Counted from the first letter of the stretch, positions 49,010 through 59,699 are shown. The stretch is 64,000 nt of DNA from a virus (IMGVR_UViG_3300028146_000008:30369-94368), one strand, 5' to 3'. Numbers and translations: made by a program. The notes: generated by a model not told the origin, from the sequence alone.

Positions 49010-50305
49010 TCAATCCTCCTGATTGTCCCACTCATCGTCTGTTCTAAAAATCAACTTATCTCGTAGATCATTATTGTTCAAACACAGGCCGCGCATCTGG
49101 CAGTTCAGACATTTTTTGTCCATTCCTCGGATCGAGCCGACTTGGGGCCAGAAATTCTCTTCGTTGGAGTCAAGAATCGCGGCCACGTCTCTTTTTACCA
49201 GTTGCGCGGCTTCGGCTTGTTCGGCCAGTCCGATGTGGGCGTGGACGAACTGGATCCGCTGTTTAGTTAGTGAACTCTTCGGAACCAGTGTTGCGTTTTC
49301 CCGGATGAACAGGTTCCGGGCGTCTTTTTCTGCGTTGGTTTGGCCGGTCCCGCAGCTTTTTTCCATCTGTTCGATGATCGAATCATTTTCGACAATCCAA
49401 ACTTCTTCCGGAACCGCTTCTTTAGGTTTGGACTTCGGCTTGAACGGATCGGCAGGTTCGGCTTCCTTCTCCGCTTGGAACTTGATTACTACAGCCTCGG
49501 ACCCCGCCCAGAATTTGCCCGCATCTTCCAGGAGTGAAATTCGGGACCCTTTTTCCAGAGTGCGCCCGACTTTCTGGAACCATTTGAAAAACCAGTCCGG
49601 AATCGCGGTCGCCCATGCGTAAGTGCGTAGCTGCTGGTCCAGAGCTAAAATTCCAGGTGTAGTGTCCAAACCTACGCTCGCGGTCTTGATGTCAACCCCT
49701 GCTAGACCGCTCACAGCGGCTGCATACGGGGCGATCAGGTCAATGTAGGCTACAAACTCCACACCGGCCCATTCGGTGCCTGGAAACAGCTCCTTGCTGT
49801 ATTTAAGCTGGAACGCTCGATTCTTTCTAACCAGTTCCTGGAATCGAGGGCTAGATAGATCAATCGGCCATGTTTTGTGGCGGACATGGTAAAGCCGAAG
49901 CATTTCTTCCCCGCTCGCCCGCAGCGCACTCCAGCTTCCTTCGGTTTGGGTGTACTTCACCCCAAATCCTGGCCGGAAACTTCTCAACCCCGCATTTTTG
50001 AGATAGGCGAGCGTTTCATTAGAGAACTGGGGCGCAATCGCAAGTTCCTTAGCGTGGTCCCAACGGTCCCGAAAATACTGAACTGTTTGCCCAAGGTCTT
50101 TTTCGTTCTCGTGGTAGAAACGGATGGCCGCTTCGAGATCCATTCCGAACAGTCGCGCCGCGCTGGTTTCTTTTTCGTTCCAGCCGTTGATTTTCTGCAA
50201 CTTATATTTCTGCGGACAGAACCGGTAGACTTCACCCGCTGAAAACGAATGCGACCAGACCTCAGAACCCTTAGAATTTATGTACAAATACTTTTTACTC
50301 ATCAA
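49010..50305 (-). CDS. PD-(D/E)XK RecB/Cas4-like exonuclease
   Basis: SFS...CPQKY; YIDLI; VDIKT; QLRTY; C-terminal CLNC...C. Confidence 0.8.
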   Translation of the reverse strand: MMSKKYLYINSKGSEVWSHSFSAGEVYRFCPQKYKLQKINGWNEKETSAARLFGMDLEAAIRFYHENEKDLGQTVQYFRDRWDHAKELAIAPQFSNETLAYLKNAGLRSFRPGFGVKYTQTEGSWSALRASGEEMLRLYHVRHKTWPIDLSSPRFQELVRKNRAFQLKYSKELFPGTEWAGVEFVAYIDLIAPYAAAVSGLAGVDIKTASVGLDTTPGILALDQQLRTYAWATAIPDWFFKWFQKVGRTLEKGSRISLLEDAGKFWAGSEAVVIKFQAEKEAEPADPFKPKSKPKEAVPEEVWIVENDSIIEQMEKSCGTGQTNAEKDARNLFIRENATLVPKSSLTKQRIQFVHAHIGLAEQAEAAQLVKRDVAAILDSNEENFWPQVGSIRGMDKKCLNCQMRGLCLNNNDLRDKLIFRTDDEWDNQED

Positions 50306-50991
50306 CTCGGCCTCGATAGTGAAATAGACTGTTTTTGATCTGGTTCAATGTCATCGTAAAGAATAGGGATTCGTTCCTTGAATTCTTTGAGCATCGGGAT
50401 AGAAATTTTCTTCATGTCGGGGTGAGTTTCCTTTGTGGTCCTCATCAGAAAAAACCAACGCCATGCTCTTAAATTCCCACTCATCGCGATTGTGGCTGCA
50501 GTGCAAGTAGGCAGAACCGACCGCGCGGCTTGCGGGGGTTGGCCGTTTTTCAAAAGGTCCAGATAAGTCTGTTCACTTGTGAACATGGTGTGCTCCCAGT
50601 CGTACCTTGGGTGGCCAATCTTCACGGATTCCATGTTCCAGGTTGGTTCCACGAATTCGATTTCCCGTTTCCCGTAGTTCACGAACCGAGTCGATTCCTG
50701 GGTGAACGAAAAATGCCGGTGGCGCACGATTTCATGGGTGATGCCCCGATCCGTGCGGATAATTACGCTGGCGGATGCGTGCTCTGTGACGCTCCAATCG
50801 CCCTTAGTTAGCACGACCGCGTGGATGAACCGTTTCCAAGAATCTTCCGTCTGGGCATCTTCGGAGCGGTGCGAGATCCGGGCAAAATGCTCGATCTTTT
50901 TCAAGAGCGCGATTCCACCCTCATTATCACCAGGGTCTAGGAACTCGAAACTAGGGCTGATTATTTTCACGCGGGCAAGTCCCCCATGCAC
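50302..50991 (-). CDS. thyX: Flavin-dependent thymidylate synthase
   Basis: HEIVRHRHFSFTQESTRF; ARSVLP; NLRAW. Confidence 0.93.
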   Translation of the reverse strand: MHGGLARVKIISPSFEFLDPGDNEGGIALLKKIEHFARISHRSEDAQTEDSWKRFIHAVVLTKGDWSVTEHASASVIIRTDRGITHEIVRHRHFSFTQESTRFVNYGKREIEFVEPTWNMESVKIGHPRYDWEHTMFTSEQTYLDLLKNGQPPQAARSVLPTCTAATIAMSGNLRAWRWFFLMRTTKETHPDMKKISIPMLKEFKERIPILYDDIEPDQKQSISLSRPS

Positions 50992-51510
50992 CTAAGACAA
51001 TACCTAATATTTTCTCCACTTATAAGTTTGTAGCAGACGCGTTTTGTTTCCGTGCAGGCGCACACTTTTTTCGCGCGAATCACGTTCCGTTCATTTTTCA
51101 ATTCCGCGAAAAGTTCTTCTTTTTTGAAAAAGATATCCGTCGCGAACTGGTACATCACGTCCACCCGCTCGGGTTCTTTATCGAACAAAATGTATCCAGG
51201 TTTACCGAGACCGCGCACGTAGCCTAATTCGAGGTGTCCACTCTTCCCTGCGGGCATGAGCATGATGGCCGCGTCACAGCGTTTGATGTGGTGTAGATCG
51301 AACTCAAAAATATGGCGGGCAGCGTGGCTCTGAAGGGTTTGTTTGTAATCCCGTCCCCGAGCCTTGGAATAATCCCGTAAGAAATCGTCCGCGTCTGGTC
51401 CGGGAGATTGCCAGTCCGCGAAGGCTTCAAAACCTTGCAGCTCAAGTTCGTTCGCAAACTGAACTACTTCAGGGTTGCGGAGAGAACCGATTATGTAGAT
51501 AGATTTAATC
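50967..51510 (-). CDS. Nucleoside 2-deoxyribosyltransferase-like protein
   Basis: IYIIGS...FEFDLHHIKRCD...GKSGHLELGY. Confidence 0.75.
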
Positions 51511-51511
51511 A

Positions 51512-51955
51512 TTAGTCGCAATTGTCCTGTGTTAAAATAAAACCCCTCTTTCCGATAACCCAATTCGTAAGCGGAGCGATCTCGAAATCTCGCAATTTCC
51601 TTTTCCCAGGTTGGATAATAACTGGAATTAAGGCCTCTTCCCCCTCACCCATGCGAAGATAGTCCAACGCGATGTAATATGTTTCATACTCTTGCGTTGG
51701 CCACACTTTCTGTAGTTTCTCGTAAGTTTCGAGGGACAGCCCTTTTTGGCAACACCCGTCCGGGCATGTAGATGGCAGATCCATCCATGTAGTGTTCCCG
51801 AAATCTGATAGCGGTATTGCCACACCCTCGATCTCGGGGTGGTTGCACGCCATTCCTTGAGTTTGGCCGGTATGAAAAACGCCGCACTTATGCTCAATAA
51901 TCAAAATTGGTCCGATACGCTCTGAGTACCACTCCACTAGCGGATACGATTTCAC
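51512..51955 (-). CDS. Hypothetical protein
   Basis: GQTQGMACNHPEIEG...NCD. Confidence 0.55.
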   Translation of the reverse strand: MKSYPLVEWYSERIGPILIIEHKCGVFHTGQTQGMACNHPEIEGVAIPLSDFGNTTWMDLPSTCPDGCCQKGLSLETYEKLQKVWPTQEYETYYIALDYLRMGEGEEALIPVIIQPGKRKLRDFEIAPLTNWVIGKRGFILTQDNCD

Positions 51956-53646
51956 TGGAACATCACCATCTGTCGTTGTAGTTTTTCCACTTGCTCCGAT
52001 CCTTTCGTTAGTTGTGCTTTAATTTCTGGTGTTAGGTGTGGTTCCACGAATTGACTTGGGGACCCTGCGAAAGAAATCCGAAGACGGGTTTTTGGCCTAG
52101 TAATGGCTACGTACCAAATTCTGGACTCCTCGGCTAAGTCCCCTTTTTTGTGTGGCAGTAATCCGTTCTCTACTCCGATTACGAATACGTTAGACCATTC
52201 AAGGCCCTTCGCAGAGTGAATTGTGCACAGCGTTAGTGCATTTTTATTCTTACGTGAGGCGTGGGCAGCTTTGCGGGCATGGTTTAGGAATTCACCGAGT
52301 GAACTGAATTTTTTGGCTATTCCGATCACCGTTTTGATGTTGGTCAGTGCAAAATTCTCGTCATCTGAAAAATCATCGTTGCTGTAGAGTTCGTCCAGTT
52401 TGGCGTGCCGCACAATCATGTCGAGAGCCTTTTCTGGTGGCTGCGAGCGGATCGCGCGGCGATATGGTTCTACTAATTTCTGGGGGTACTTCTCGGGCGT
52501 CTGATTTCCCATGCAGAACGCCGCGAGACTTGTGAGCGAGTTTATTTCCGGTTTTGTCCAGAGCCCGGATTTCCCGAGCAACTGAAAACGAATGTTGTGG
52601 GAGAGAGCTAGGGATTCGTAAATCCCAATCTGATCGTTAGTGCGGGCTAAAATTGCAGAATTCCCCGCGTCCGTTGCGGCCACTGATAAAGTTGCTTCGG
52701 CTTCTTCGGCGCTGTTTGGATACATCCGGAACTCGATCTCGGGACCGACCGGATTGCTGGTGCGAATGTTTTTAGTTAGTTCGTTTTGAATCGGCGCGTT
52801 TAGGCGTGAGAACTCCACCACGTTTTTCTGGCTGCGAAAGTTTTCCGGTAAAATCAGGGTCGTAGCTCCTGGAAAATGCTTCGCGAAGTCCAAAAGAATG
52901 TGCGGATGCGACCCTCTAAATGCGTAAATGCATTGTGAAAAATCCCCGACAACGAAGAGATTTTTATGACGTTCGGTGATTAGTTGGAGCAACCGAACCT
53001 GTAACTCGTCTGTATCTTGAAACTCATCAACCATGCAGAATTTTATCTGCCAACGGTCTCGGACTTCCGCGCTCTTTTCCAAAATGTCCACAGATCGCGC
53101 AATAAAATCATCGAAATCGAGCATCCCGCCGTCATGCAGCAGTGACTCGTATTTTTCAAAAACGGCGGCATATAGCGGATCGTTCAAAGGGTCATCTTGC
53201 GCTTGTGCGGGAGAAATTCTTAGTCGCTTCCACTGCGAAATCGCTGCTTTCACTTCGTCAAATTGTTTTCGGCGGACGCCATTCTCTTTCATGGCTTGGA
53301 GAAGTAGTTTGTATAGAACTGGTCCGTCTGGAAAAGGTTCCGAAGATAGGCCGTAAGGCAGAAACCGAGCTTCTTTTTTAATCAAGTTGAGGCAGAAAGA
53401 GTGGAACGTTCGGAACCCGCCTCTGATGCTCTTATCGGGATCGAGTTTGAGACGGCGCACTAGGTTTTCAGCCGCTTCCCGAGTGAAACTCAGAACGAGT
53501 AGTTCGTCTTGCGGGCACCCCTCGTCCAGAATCTGACGGGTTCGTTGTTCCAACACGGTCGTTTTCCCGCTGCCCGCCGTAGCTTGTAGGCACCAGTAGC
53601 CCGTTCGCGTTGTTATGGCTTCAAGTTGTTCTTTGTTGAGATTCAA
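51952..53646 (-). CDS. UvrD/Rep/PcrA helicase
   Basis: ATAGSGKT, VDEFQD, VGDFSQCIYAFRG, TIHSAKGLEW, YVAITR. Confidence 0.95.
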   Translation of the reverse strand: MNLNKEQLEAITTRTGYWCLQATAGSGKTTVLEQRTRQILDEGCPQDELLVLSFTREAAENLVRRLKLDPDKSIRGGFRTFHSFCLNLIKKEARFLPYGLSSEPFPDGPVLYKLLLQAMKENGVRRKQFDEVKAAISQWKRLRISPAQAQDDPLNDPLYAAVFEKYESLLHDGGMLDFDDFIARSVDILEKSAEVRDRWQIKFCMVDEFQDTDELQVRLLQLITERHKNLFVVGDFSQCIYAFRGSHPHILLDFAKHFPGATTLILPENFRSQKNVVEFSRLNAPIQNELTKNIRTSNPVGPEIEFRMYPNSAEEAEATLSVAATDAGNSAILARTNDQIGIYESLALSHNIRFQLLGKSGLWTKPEINSLTSLAAFCMGNQTPEKYPQKLVEPYRRAIRSQPPEKALDMIVRHAKLDELYSNDDFSDDENFALTNIKTVIGIAKKFSSLGEFLNHARKAAHASRKNKNALTLCTIHSAKGLEWSNVFVIGVENGLLPHKKGDLAEESRIWYVAITRPKTRLRISFAGSPSQFVEPHLTPEIKAQLTKGSEQVEKLQRQMVMFQ

Positions 53647-53945
53647 TCTATCTCTCGGGCGTGCATAACGTCGGCTTTGAAATCCATTGAGTTTTGCGAA
53701 GCTATATCGAGCGCTTTTTCAATTGCTTCATCTTCGGTTTCAGCTTCTACACTGATATAGTCTTCTGCTTCGACGTGTACGAGAAAATCTTTCATACTCG
53801 TTTCTCCTCCACTAATTTCGCCTTCCCGCCCCAAAGCTTCGGGTTCCCTGTCCAGCCACGGTTTATTCTTTCCTGGTAGGACAGGGTTTCTCGAAGGTGT
53901 TCACGTTCTATTTTTAACTTTGGTTTCTTTTTTACTGGAAACAGA

Positions 53946-54314
53946 CTAAAAAGGCGGATCATCGTCACTTGGTGTTTCATCGAATTCACTTTGTGAAGTG
54001 CTTCTCTCAACCTTACTGAGAAGGTCCACCTTATCGGCCACGACTTCCAGAACCGAGCGGGTGTTTCCATCGCGGTCTTCCCAGCTACGTTGTTGCAGCC
54101 GCCCGGTAACGGCTACCTGTGACCCCTTAGCGGTGTATTTCTGGACGATCTCGGCGGTTTTTTCCCACGCTTGGACCGGGATCCAAGAAGTTGTTTTACG
54201 GTCCCCGTAGCCAAAATCCACGGCGATGGTGAAGTTAGCTACGGTTTTGCCCGAGGTCGTGTTGCGAACTTCGGGGTCCTTACCAAGACGGCCAATTAAA
54301 CTGACAGAATTCAC
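53946..54314 (-). CDS. ssb: Single-stranded DNA-binding protein
   Basis: LIGRLGKDPEVR...DDDPPF tail. Confidence 0.95.
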   Translation of the reverse strand: MNSVSLIGRLGKDPEVRNTTSGKTVANFTIAVDFGYGDRKTTSWIPVQAWEKTAEIVQKYTAKGSQVAVTGRLQQRSWEDRDGNTRSVLEVVADKVDLLSKVERSTSQSEFDETPSDDDPPF

Positions 54315-55234
54315 TTCACTCCTCCTTCAATAAGTTCGACCACGTTCTGGGGTTCGGTTTGGACCAAGGGTTCGTACTTAGCAAAAAAGCCTTCCCATTC
54401 GGCTACAGTTAGTTCTGTTAATTCTTTCCTGTTTACTGTAGACAAAAGGAACTGCTTTAGTTTCGCGCCTACTTGGAGACCCTTGGATGCCCGGAGTCCT
54501 GCTTTTTCGAGTGGGATTTTCAGGTTCACGGCCCGAGCGGTGTACTGGTCGAATACGGACTTGTCTGGAACATCCCCAGAACTGGCTACAGGGGCGCTGG
54601 CAGGGATTTGGGCCTTGGGTATGCCGTTATCCTTAACCGGTGCCGGATCGGGGCTAGAATCGGCTGGGGGCGCGTTCTGGATAGGTTTAGCAGCAGGTTT
54701 GGACTCCCCTTGCTTCGCTGGAGCTGTGTCCATCTTGGGGGGTTTCGGACGCCGTACTTCACTTTGTGAAGCACCCTGATTCTCACGTTGAGACTCGGCT
54801 GCCGCGTTTCCGTCGTCATCTTCTTCGGCTACTGCGCCGACTTGAGGGCCGTAGGCATAACGGCGGGCATAGGTGATAGCCGAACCGATACTCTGAGCGT
54901 CGAACTTGTCCGCGCGTCCGGGCATCCCCGTGGGTAGCAATAACTCAACTTCCGCGAACTCCCCGGATTTGTGGGCCAACCGCGATACCACCCCGGCCAA
55001 CCGATCCCGCACGATAGGTAGCTGAATTACGGCCAAACCGTGCTTTGCGAGCGCCGGTTGGGTGGCCGCCACAACGTTCTGCAAATCTGCGTATTTTGAG
55101 CTGGTGTGCGGGTTCGTCTTGTCCTTCTTGATCGGCGTGTATTCCTGAGTCGCCGACGCCAATGCTCCAAAAAGCTCCCCCGTCGTCGGGCTGAACTTCA
55201 CTGACTGAACCACTGGTGCCAGTTCTTCACTCAC
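54311..55234 (-). CDS. ERF-family ssDNA annealing protein
   Basis: KYADL, QSIGSAITYARRY, EDDDG. Confidence 0.9.
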   Translation of the reverse strand: MSEELAPVVQSVKFSPTTGELFGALASATQEYTPIKKDKTNPHTSSKYADLQNVVAATQPALAKHGLAVIQLPIVRDRLAGVVSRLAHKSGEFAEVELLLPTGMPGRADKFDAQSIGSAITYARRYAYGPQVGAVAEEDDDGNAAAESQRENQGASQSEVRRPKPPKMDTAPAKQGESKPAAKPIQNAPPADSSPDPAPVKDNGIPKAQIPASAPVASSGDVPDKSVFDQYTARAVNLKIPLEKAGLRASKGLQVGAKLKQFLLSTVNRKELTELTVAEWEGFFAKYEPLVQTEPQNVVELIEGGVK

Positions 55235-55801
55235 TCGGGGTCTCCTTCTTTGTGACTTCGATTCCCGAAACTTCGTAGAAAATCCCGTTTTTCAGGTTCT
55301 TCTCGAACGTTTCCCGGTCGTAGTTTCCGATTTGCAGACCCGAACTGAGTTCAAAAACGACCACCATATTCGGCTCGTGTTCAAAAGGTCGGTAGTACGC
55401 CGCGACTTTGCGGTTCAATGTAATATGCTTGTTCTCTTCCATTCAATCCTCCACGAACAAGCCTAGCACTAAAGATTCTAAATGTCAATCTTGTTTTTTC
55501 ATCTTATTTGTGCTATTATTTCTGCATGGAAGATACCTGCTATTTCTGTGGTGCCGAGAACGCTCAATATGCCCGCCGAGAAGACGGGGGATCAAAGCAG
55601 TACTTTCCCGCGTGCGAAAAATGCGCCCGCAAACCTTATTCACACAGTGAACAGGAGAGCCATGAAAAAGTTTAGTTTCTATTTTTGGGCGTCACTGATC
55701 TGTTTTGTTGCGGTTTGGTTTTCTCAGAAAGACGAGATTAGACAAGTTGGCCTCCTTCTTCTGGGATGGCAGTTCGCGATAGCAGACGATCTCAAAAATA
55801 A

Positions 55802-57991
55802 GTGAATCTCCTTTTCATCGACTACGAAAGCCGATCTGAGCTCGACCTGAGAGTGGTCGGTTTGGACCGGTACATCAAGCACCCCACAACTCAAGTGCTG
55901 ATGATGTCCTACGCCTTCGGTGACGGTCCTATCGAACGCTGGGAGCCGCACACAGGACCAATGCCCGCAAAGTTGTGCGCCGCGCTCCACGATCCGGATA
56001 CCGTGAAGTTGGCTTGGAATTGGCCCTTCGAGCACGGAATTTCGCTCCACGTACTCGGAATCGAAATTCCACACGAACAAGCCGTGGACATCATGGTTTT
56101 GGCGAGGCATTTGTCCCTTCCTGGAAAACTGGAACTCGCCGGTCCAGCCATCGGTTTGCTTTACGACGAGTTGAAAAAAGCCGAAGGTAAGCGGCTGATC
56201 GAACTTTTCTCGAAACCTTTTAGACTTGGCGGAAAAGCCACGCTATTCGGTACCACGGAACCGGAATTTCACGGCCCGCACGACCGTCCAAAAGAGTGGG
56301 CACAGTTCGGAGAGTATTGCGATGCCGACGTGATTTCGGAACGGGCGATTTACAACATCGTTTCGCAAATCAAATTCCCTGAAAAAGAACGTCGCGCGTG
56401 GTTGCTCGATCAAAAAATCAATGAGCGCGGGATTCCTGTAAATCGCGTCTTCGCGGAGAAAGCTCTTGCACTGTGTCTCAAGTCCAAGGAACGGCTTGTT
56501 CACAAATTAAAGGAAGTCACGCAACTCAAAAACCCTAACTCTCGGCCTCAGTTTTTACCTTGGGCGCAACAACGCGGATTCCCGTTTCTGTCGCTTGGTA
56601 AGGAATTTGTCCGCGCGGCTCTGCAGCCTGATTCTGGAATAGACGATACTTTACGATCCGCGCTGAAACTTCGTCAGCAGGCATCGCGCACTTCATATAC
56701 GAAATTCGAGAAATTGTTGGACCTGCTCAGTGACGACGACCGTCTGCGCCATCAGTTCGCGTTTATGGGTGCGGCCAGAACTGGACGTTGGGCAGGTAAA
56801 GATTTTCAGGCTCAAAACCTCCCGCGTCCGGTCAAAGCGGTCGAAAAGAATTACAACAAAGCGTTGCAGTTTATCGAGAATTGCCCGCTGCCGGTCACGG
56901 ATGCATATCTCGACTTAGTTGAATCCGAATGCAAGAAATGGGATCCGACTCTAACCGTAATGGGTATGGTGATTTCGTGCGTTCGCTCGGCGTTCCAAGC
57001 TCCCGCAGGCAAGAAACTGGTTGTTTGCGATTTGTCGAGTATTGAGAACCGAGTTTTAGGTTGGCTGGCGGGGTGTGACGCAATTGCGAGGGTGTTCAGA
57101 GAAGGGCGAGACGCATACATAGACTTTGCTTCCAAAATCTACAATCGTGCATACCAGACGATGATTCAGATTGTAGAAGGGAAACACAAAGCTAAGGATA
57201 AAGAAGTAGAAGAACAACGGCAGATAGCCAAACCCGGGTCACTTGGCTGCGGCTACGGTTTAGGCCCTGGAGTGATTAAACATCCGGACGGCACTTATGA
57301 AGCGATCCGTGTCAAAGACGCTTATGGCAATGAAGTTTTAACCGGTTTGATGGGGTATGCCGCCAACATGGGAGTTCAGCTTACTCCCGAGCAAGCGTAT
57401 TTAGCGTGGGAAACTTTCCGAAAATCCTATCCAGAAGTGGTCGAACTCTGGAGCAAATACGAAAAAGCCTGCATCAAGGTTCTTGAGACTGGCCGCGCAG
57501 TCCGGGTTGGGCCGATTATTTTTTCTCGGAGAGCTAGGAAGGATGGGAGCGTAATTCTTCGGATCGAACTTCCGTCTGGGCGCGGGCTGCACTACCTCGC
57601 GGCACGGGTGCAAGAAGAAACGGCATATCGTAAATCAGATAAGTCGGAATATAAGAAAAAACTCGTCATATACGATGGCATCGGGCACGGTGTAGGGAAG
57701 ATTGGAAAGGGTTCGGCCTGGGGGCCAGTGAAAACCTACGGGGGGAAAACCACAGAAAATGTGGATCAAGGCCTATCGAGGGACGTTTTAGTTGAGGGGT
57801 TGTTAAGTGCGGACGACGCGGGAGCAACTGTAATTATGCACGCCCACGACGAGATTGTTTGTGAAGAATACGATGATCCTTTCGCTTTCGGGATCATGGA
57901 CTTAAAACGGATTATGGAGTCTCCGATAGATTGGGCTCCAAACTTGACTCTGGGAGCGGAAGGGTTCGAGACCCGTTGTTACAGGAAGTAA
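55802..57991 (+). CDS. DNA polymerase family A with 3'-5' exonuclease
   Basis: IDYE exonuclease motif, RTGRW, motif A DLSSIENR, motif B RQIAKPGSLGCGYG, motif C HDE. Confidence 0.93.
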   Translation: MNLLFIDYESRSELDLRVVGLDRYIKHPTTQVLMMSYAFGDGPIERWEPHTGPMPAKLCAALHDPDTVKLAWNWPFEHGISLHVLGIEIPHEQAVDIMVLARHLSLPGKLELAGPAIGLLYDELKKAEGKRLIELFSKPFRLGGKATLFGTTEPEFHGPHDRPKEWAQFGEYCDADVISERAIYNIVSQIKFPEKERRAWLLDQKINERGIPVNRVFAEKALALCLKSKERLVHKLKEVTQLKNPNSRPQFLPWAQQRGFPFLSLGKEFVRAALQPDSGIDDTLRSALKLRQQASRTSYTKFEKLLDLLSDDDRLRHQFAFMGAARTGRWAGKDFQAQNLPRPVKAVEKNYNKALQFIENCPLPVTDAYLDLVESECKKWDPTLTVMGMVISCVRSAFQAPAGKKLVVCDLSSIENRVLGWLAGCDAIARVFREGRDAYIDFASKIYNRAYQTMIQIVEGKHKAKDKEVEEQRQIAKPGSLGCGYGLGPGVIKHPDGTYEAIRVKDAYGNEVLTGLMGYAANMGVQLTPEQAYLAWETFRKSYPEVVELWSKYEKACIKVLETGRAVRVGPIIFSRRARKDGSVILRIELPSGRGLHYLAARVQEETAYRKSDKSEYKKKLVIYDGIGHGVGKIGKGSAWGPVKTYGGKTTENVDQGLSRDVLVEGLLSADDAGATVIMHAHDEIVCEEYDDPFAFGIMDLKRIMESPIDWAPNLTLGAEGFETRCYRK

Positions 57992-58391
57992 GATAGTGCG
58001 CCGCAGCAATGAGAATTTCGGGAGCATCTTTGAAAGCACCTAGCCCAGTATTACAGCGCCCACAGAGGAGACCTCGAACTTTTCCTGTCTTGTGGTCATG
58101 GTCCACGTTATATCGGTCTGCAGGTTTTGTTTTGCAGATAGCGCACAAGTCACCCTGTTGGGCCACCATTCCTTCATATTGGTCTACAGTTAGATTAAAC
58201 TTTGATTTAATATGATAAAAATATCCTCGGGAACGCTTATAACGCTCTCTTTGATACTTATTCCAATCCTCTCGATTTTTGGCTCTCCACTCTCGCATAT
58301 ATTTAGTTTCTCTTTTTCGATATTTATTCGGGTTTTTAGCCCTCCAGCGTCTCATGTACGCGCGTTTATCTTCTGGATTTTTATGAGGCAT
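57912..58391 (-). CDS. Endonuclease VII-like homing endonuclease
   Basis: CAIC...VDHDHKTGKVRGLLCGRCNTGLG. Confidence 0.88.
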   Translation of the reverse strand: MPHKNPEDKRAYMRRWRAKNPNKYRKRETKYMREWRAKNREDWNKYQRERYKRSRGYFYHIKSKFNLTVDQYEGMVAQQGDLCAICKTKPADRYNVDHDHKTGKVRGLLCGRCNTGLGAFKDAPEILIAAAHYLTSCNNGSRTLPLPESSLEPNLSETP

Positions 58392-58421
58392 TGCCTTTCT
58401 CTAACGGGGATTTGAAGGAAG

Positions 58422-58862
58422 TTATTTCGTGGCGGTGCCCAAGGGTACTTCACTTGCGGAGTGCTCAGATTTCGCTTTAACTTTGGAGTTCAATGCGTCC
58501 ATCAATAGCGCGTGCGCCCCAACATTTTTTGGCCGGTCGTCAATTAAACCGTCGTTAGCTTGGGCGTCCAGAATGATCGCCATGCACGCCATAGCGTGGC
58601 CAAGATGATGAACTCCGCTGTCGGATGCGGTTTCTTCCCCCTCGAACCATGCATCTAGGTGGCGTTTTGCCGCATCAATGTAGATGCTCGCCTGAACTGC
58701 TTTTTCCCGCCAGTTGTAGGGACCGTATTTATTCGCGCCGTCCATCATAGCGTGGGCACCGTGAGCTAAACCGATGGCCGGGAATTTGGAGAGGGAAACT
58801 TTTTTTGCGCCGATCAAATCTTTAGGGTTGGGACCAGTAGCTTTCGAGAACGAACCGGACAT
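58422..58862 (-). CDS. dATP/dGTP diphosphohydrolase domain protein (DUF5664-like)
   Basis: GANKYGPYNW, AAKRHL, DSGVHHLGHA. Confidence 0.8.
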   Translation of the reverse strand: MSGSFSKATGPNPKDLIGAKKVSLSKFPAIGLAHGAHAMMDGANKYGPYNWREKAVQASIYIDAAKRHLDAWFEGEETASDSGVHHLGHAMACMAIILDAQANDGLIDDRPKNVGAHALLMDALNSKVKAKSEHSASEVPLGTATK

Positions 58863-58869
58863 TATATTT

Positions 58870-59283
58870 TCAAATCTCCAAAGTTTTCAGGGTATTTTTT
58901 ACTTGTTCAAAATTGTCAAAATGGGTGATTTCGGGAAGGTTGTGAAAAATGTTCTCGATGGGGCCGACCACTAAAATGGTTTTGTTCTCGGCCAGTGCGT
59001 AGCCAAATTCAACATGGCGTCCGCCTCGGCGAGGTTGATTTTCCGGATCCTCGGCAAAAAATACCAAAACGTCGGCATCTTCTACGTCCTGGAGATCGGT
59101 TCTTGCGAACATCACAAGTTCGTTGTACGGAACCTCGCCCATTTGGGTGTTAGGCGAATATTTCTCTTCTAACCAGCGCGAAGTTACTTCGATTCCTTCG
59201 GCCCGGAGTTCCGTCGCGTACACTTTTAGCTGTTCCTTTAGTGAATAGCGGGCGGCAAGATAGACTCTCAAGACATCGCTCCT
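58870..59283 (-). CDS. Nucleoside 2-deoxyribosyltransferase-like protein (start uncertain)
   Basis: VYLAARY, VTSRW, DLQDVEDAD, GGRHVEFGYA. Confidence 0.75.
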   Translation of the reverse strand, partial: RSDVLRVYLAARYSLKEQLKVYATELRAEGIEVTSRWLEEKYSPNTQMGEVPYNELVMFARTDLQDVEDADVLVFFAEDPENQPRRGGRHVEFGYALAENKTILVVGPIENIFHNLPEITHFDNFEQVKNTLKTLEI

Positions 59284-59699
59284 GCCCCAGAGTTTTGTTT
59301 TACGTACTCCCAATACGGCGTTGTCGGCCCAGCGGTGCGGTCGCATGGTTTAAATCCCCACTCCCGGCTTTTTGGGCCTGTAAAAATAATCGACCACGAA
59401 GTTCCGTAAGGAGTGATGACGTTGTGGGCGAAAGTTGCGGGACGCCACAGAATACTTCCTACTCGACGCCGGTAATCCTTAGTTCCAACTCTTTCCAGAT
59501 ATCCGTTCTTCAGAAGAATGGCTAAAAAACTCCACGGATGGTCGTGGCACTCTGGGTGCCAAGCTGGAGCCCATAGTTGATGGAGGTAAATGTTCAGCCA
59601 ACGAGATTTGAACAGTTGATATCGGGTAAACCGCTCTCCGATGTCATACCAACCGATTTCTTTGAAAGCAAAATGCTTCCGTAGAAATGCTTCAAACAT
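59268..59699 (-). CDS. Cupin-like protein
   Basis: IYLH...HDHPWSF...GYLE...H. Confidence 0.7.
   Translation of the reverse strand: MFEAFLRKHFAFKEIGWYDIGERFTRYQLFKSRWLNIYLHQLWAPAWHPECHDHPWSFLAILLKNGYLERVGTKDYRRRVGSILWRPATFAHNVITPYGTSWSIIFTGPKSREWGFKPCDRTAGPTTPYWEYVKQNSGAGAMS

Noticed and set aside
49010-50305. Cas4 as adaptation module for the array
   Set aside because: It lies 8 kb away within the replication/recombination block, where such exonucleases are routine.
55450-58000. PolA on the opposite strand as a recombinase-invertible segment
   Set aside because: No flanking inverted repeats seen; a fixed divergent arrangement is sufficient.
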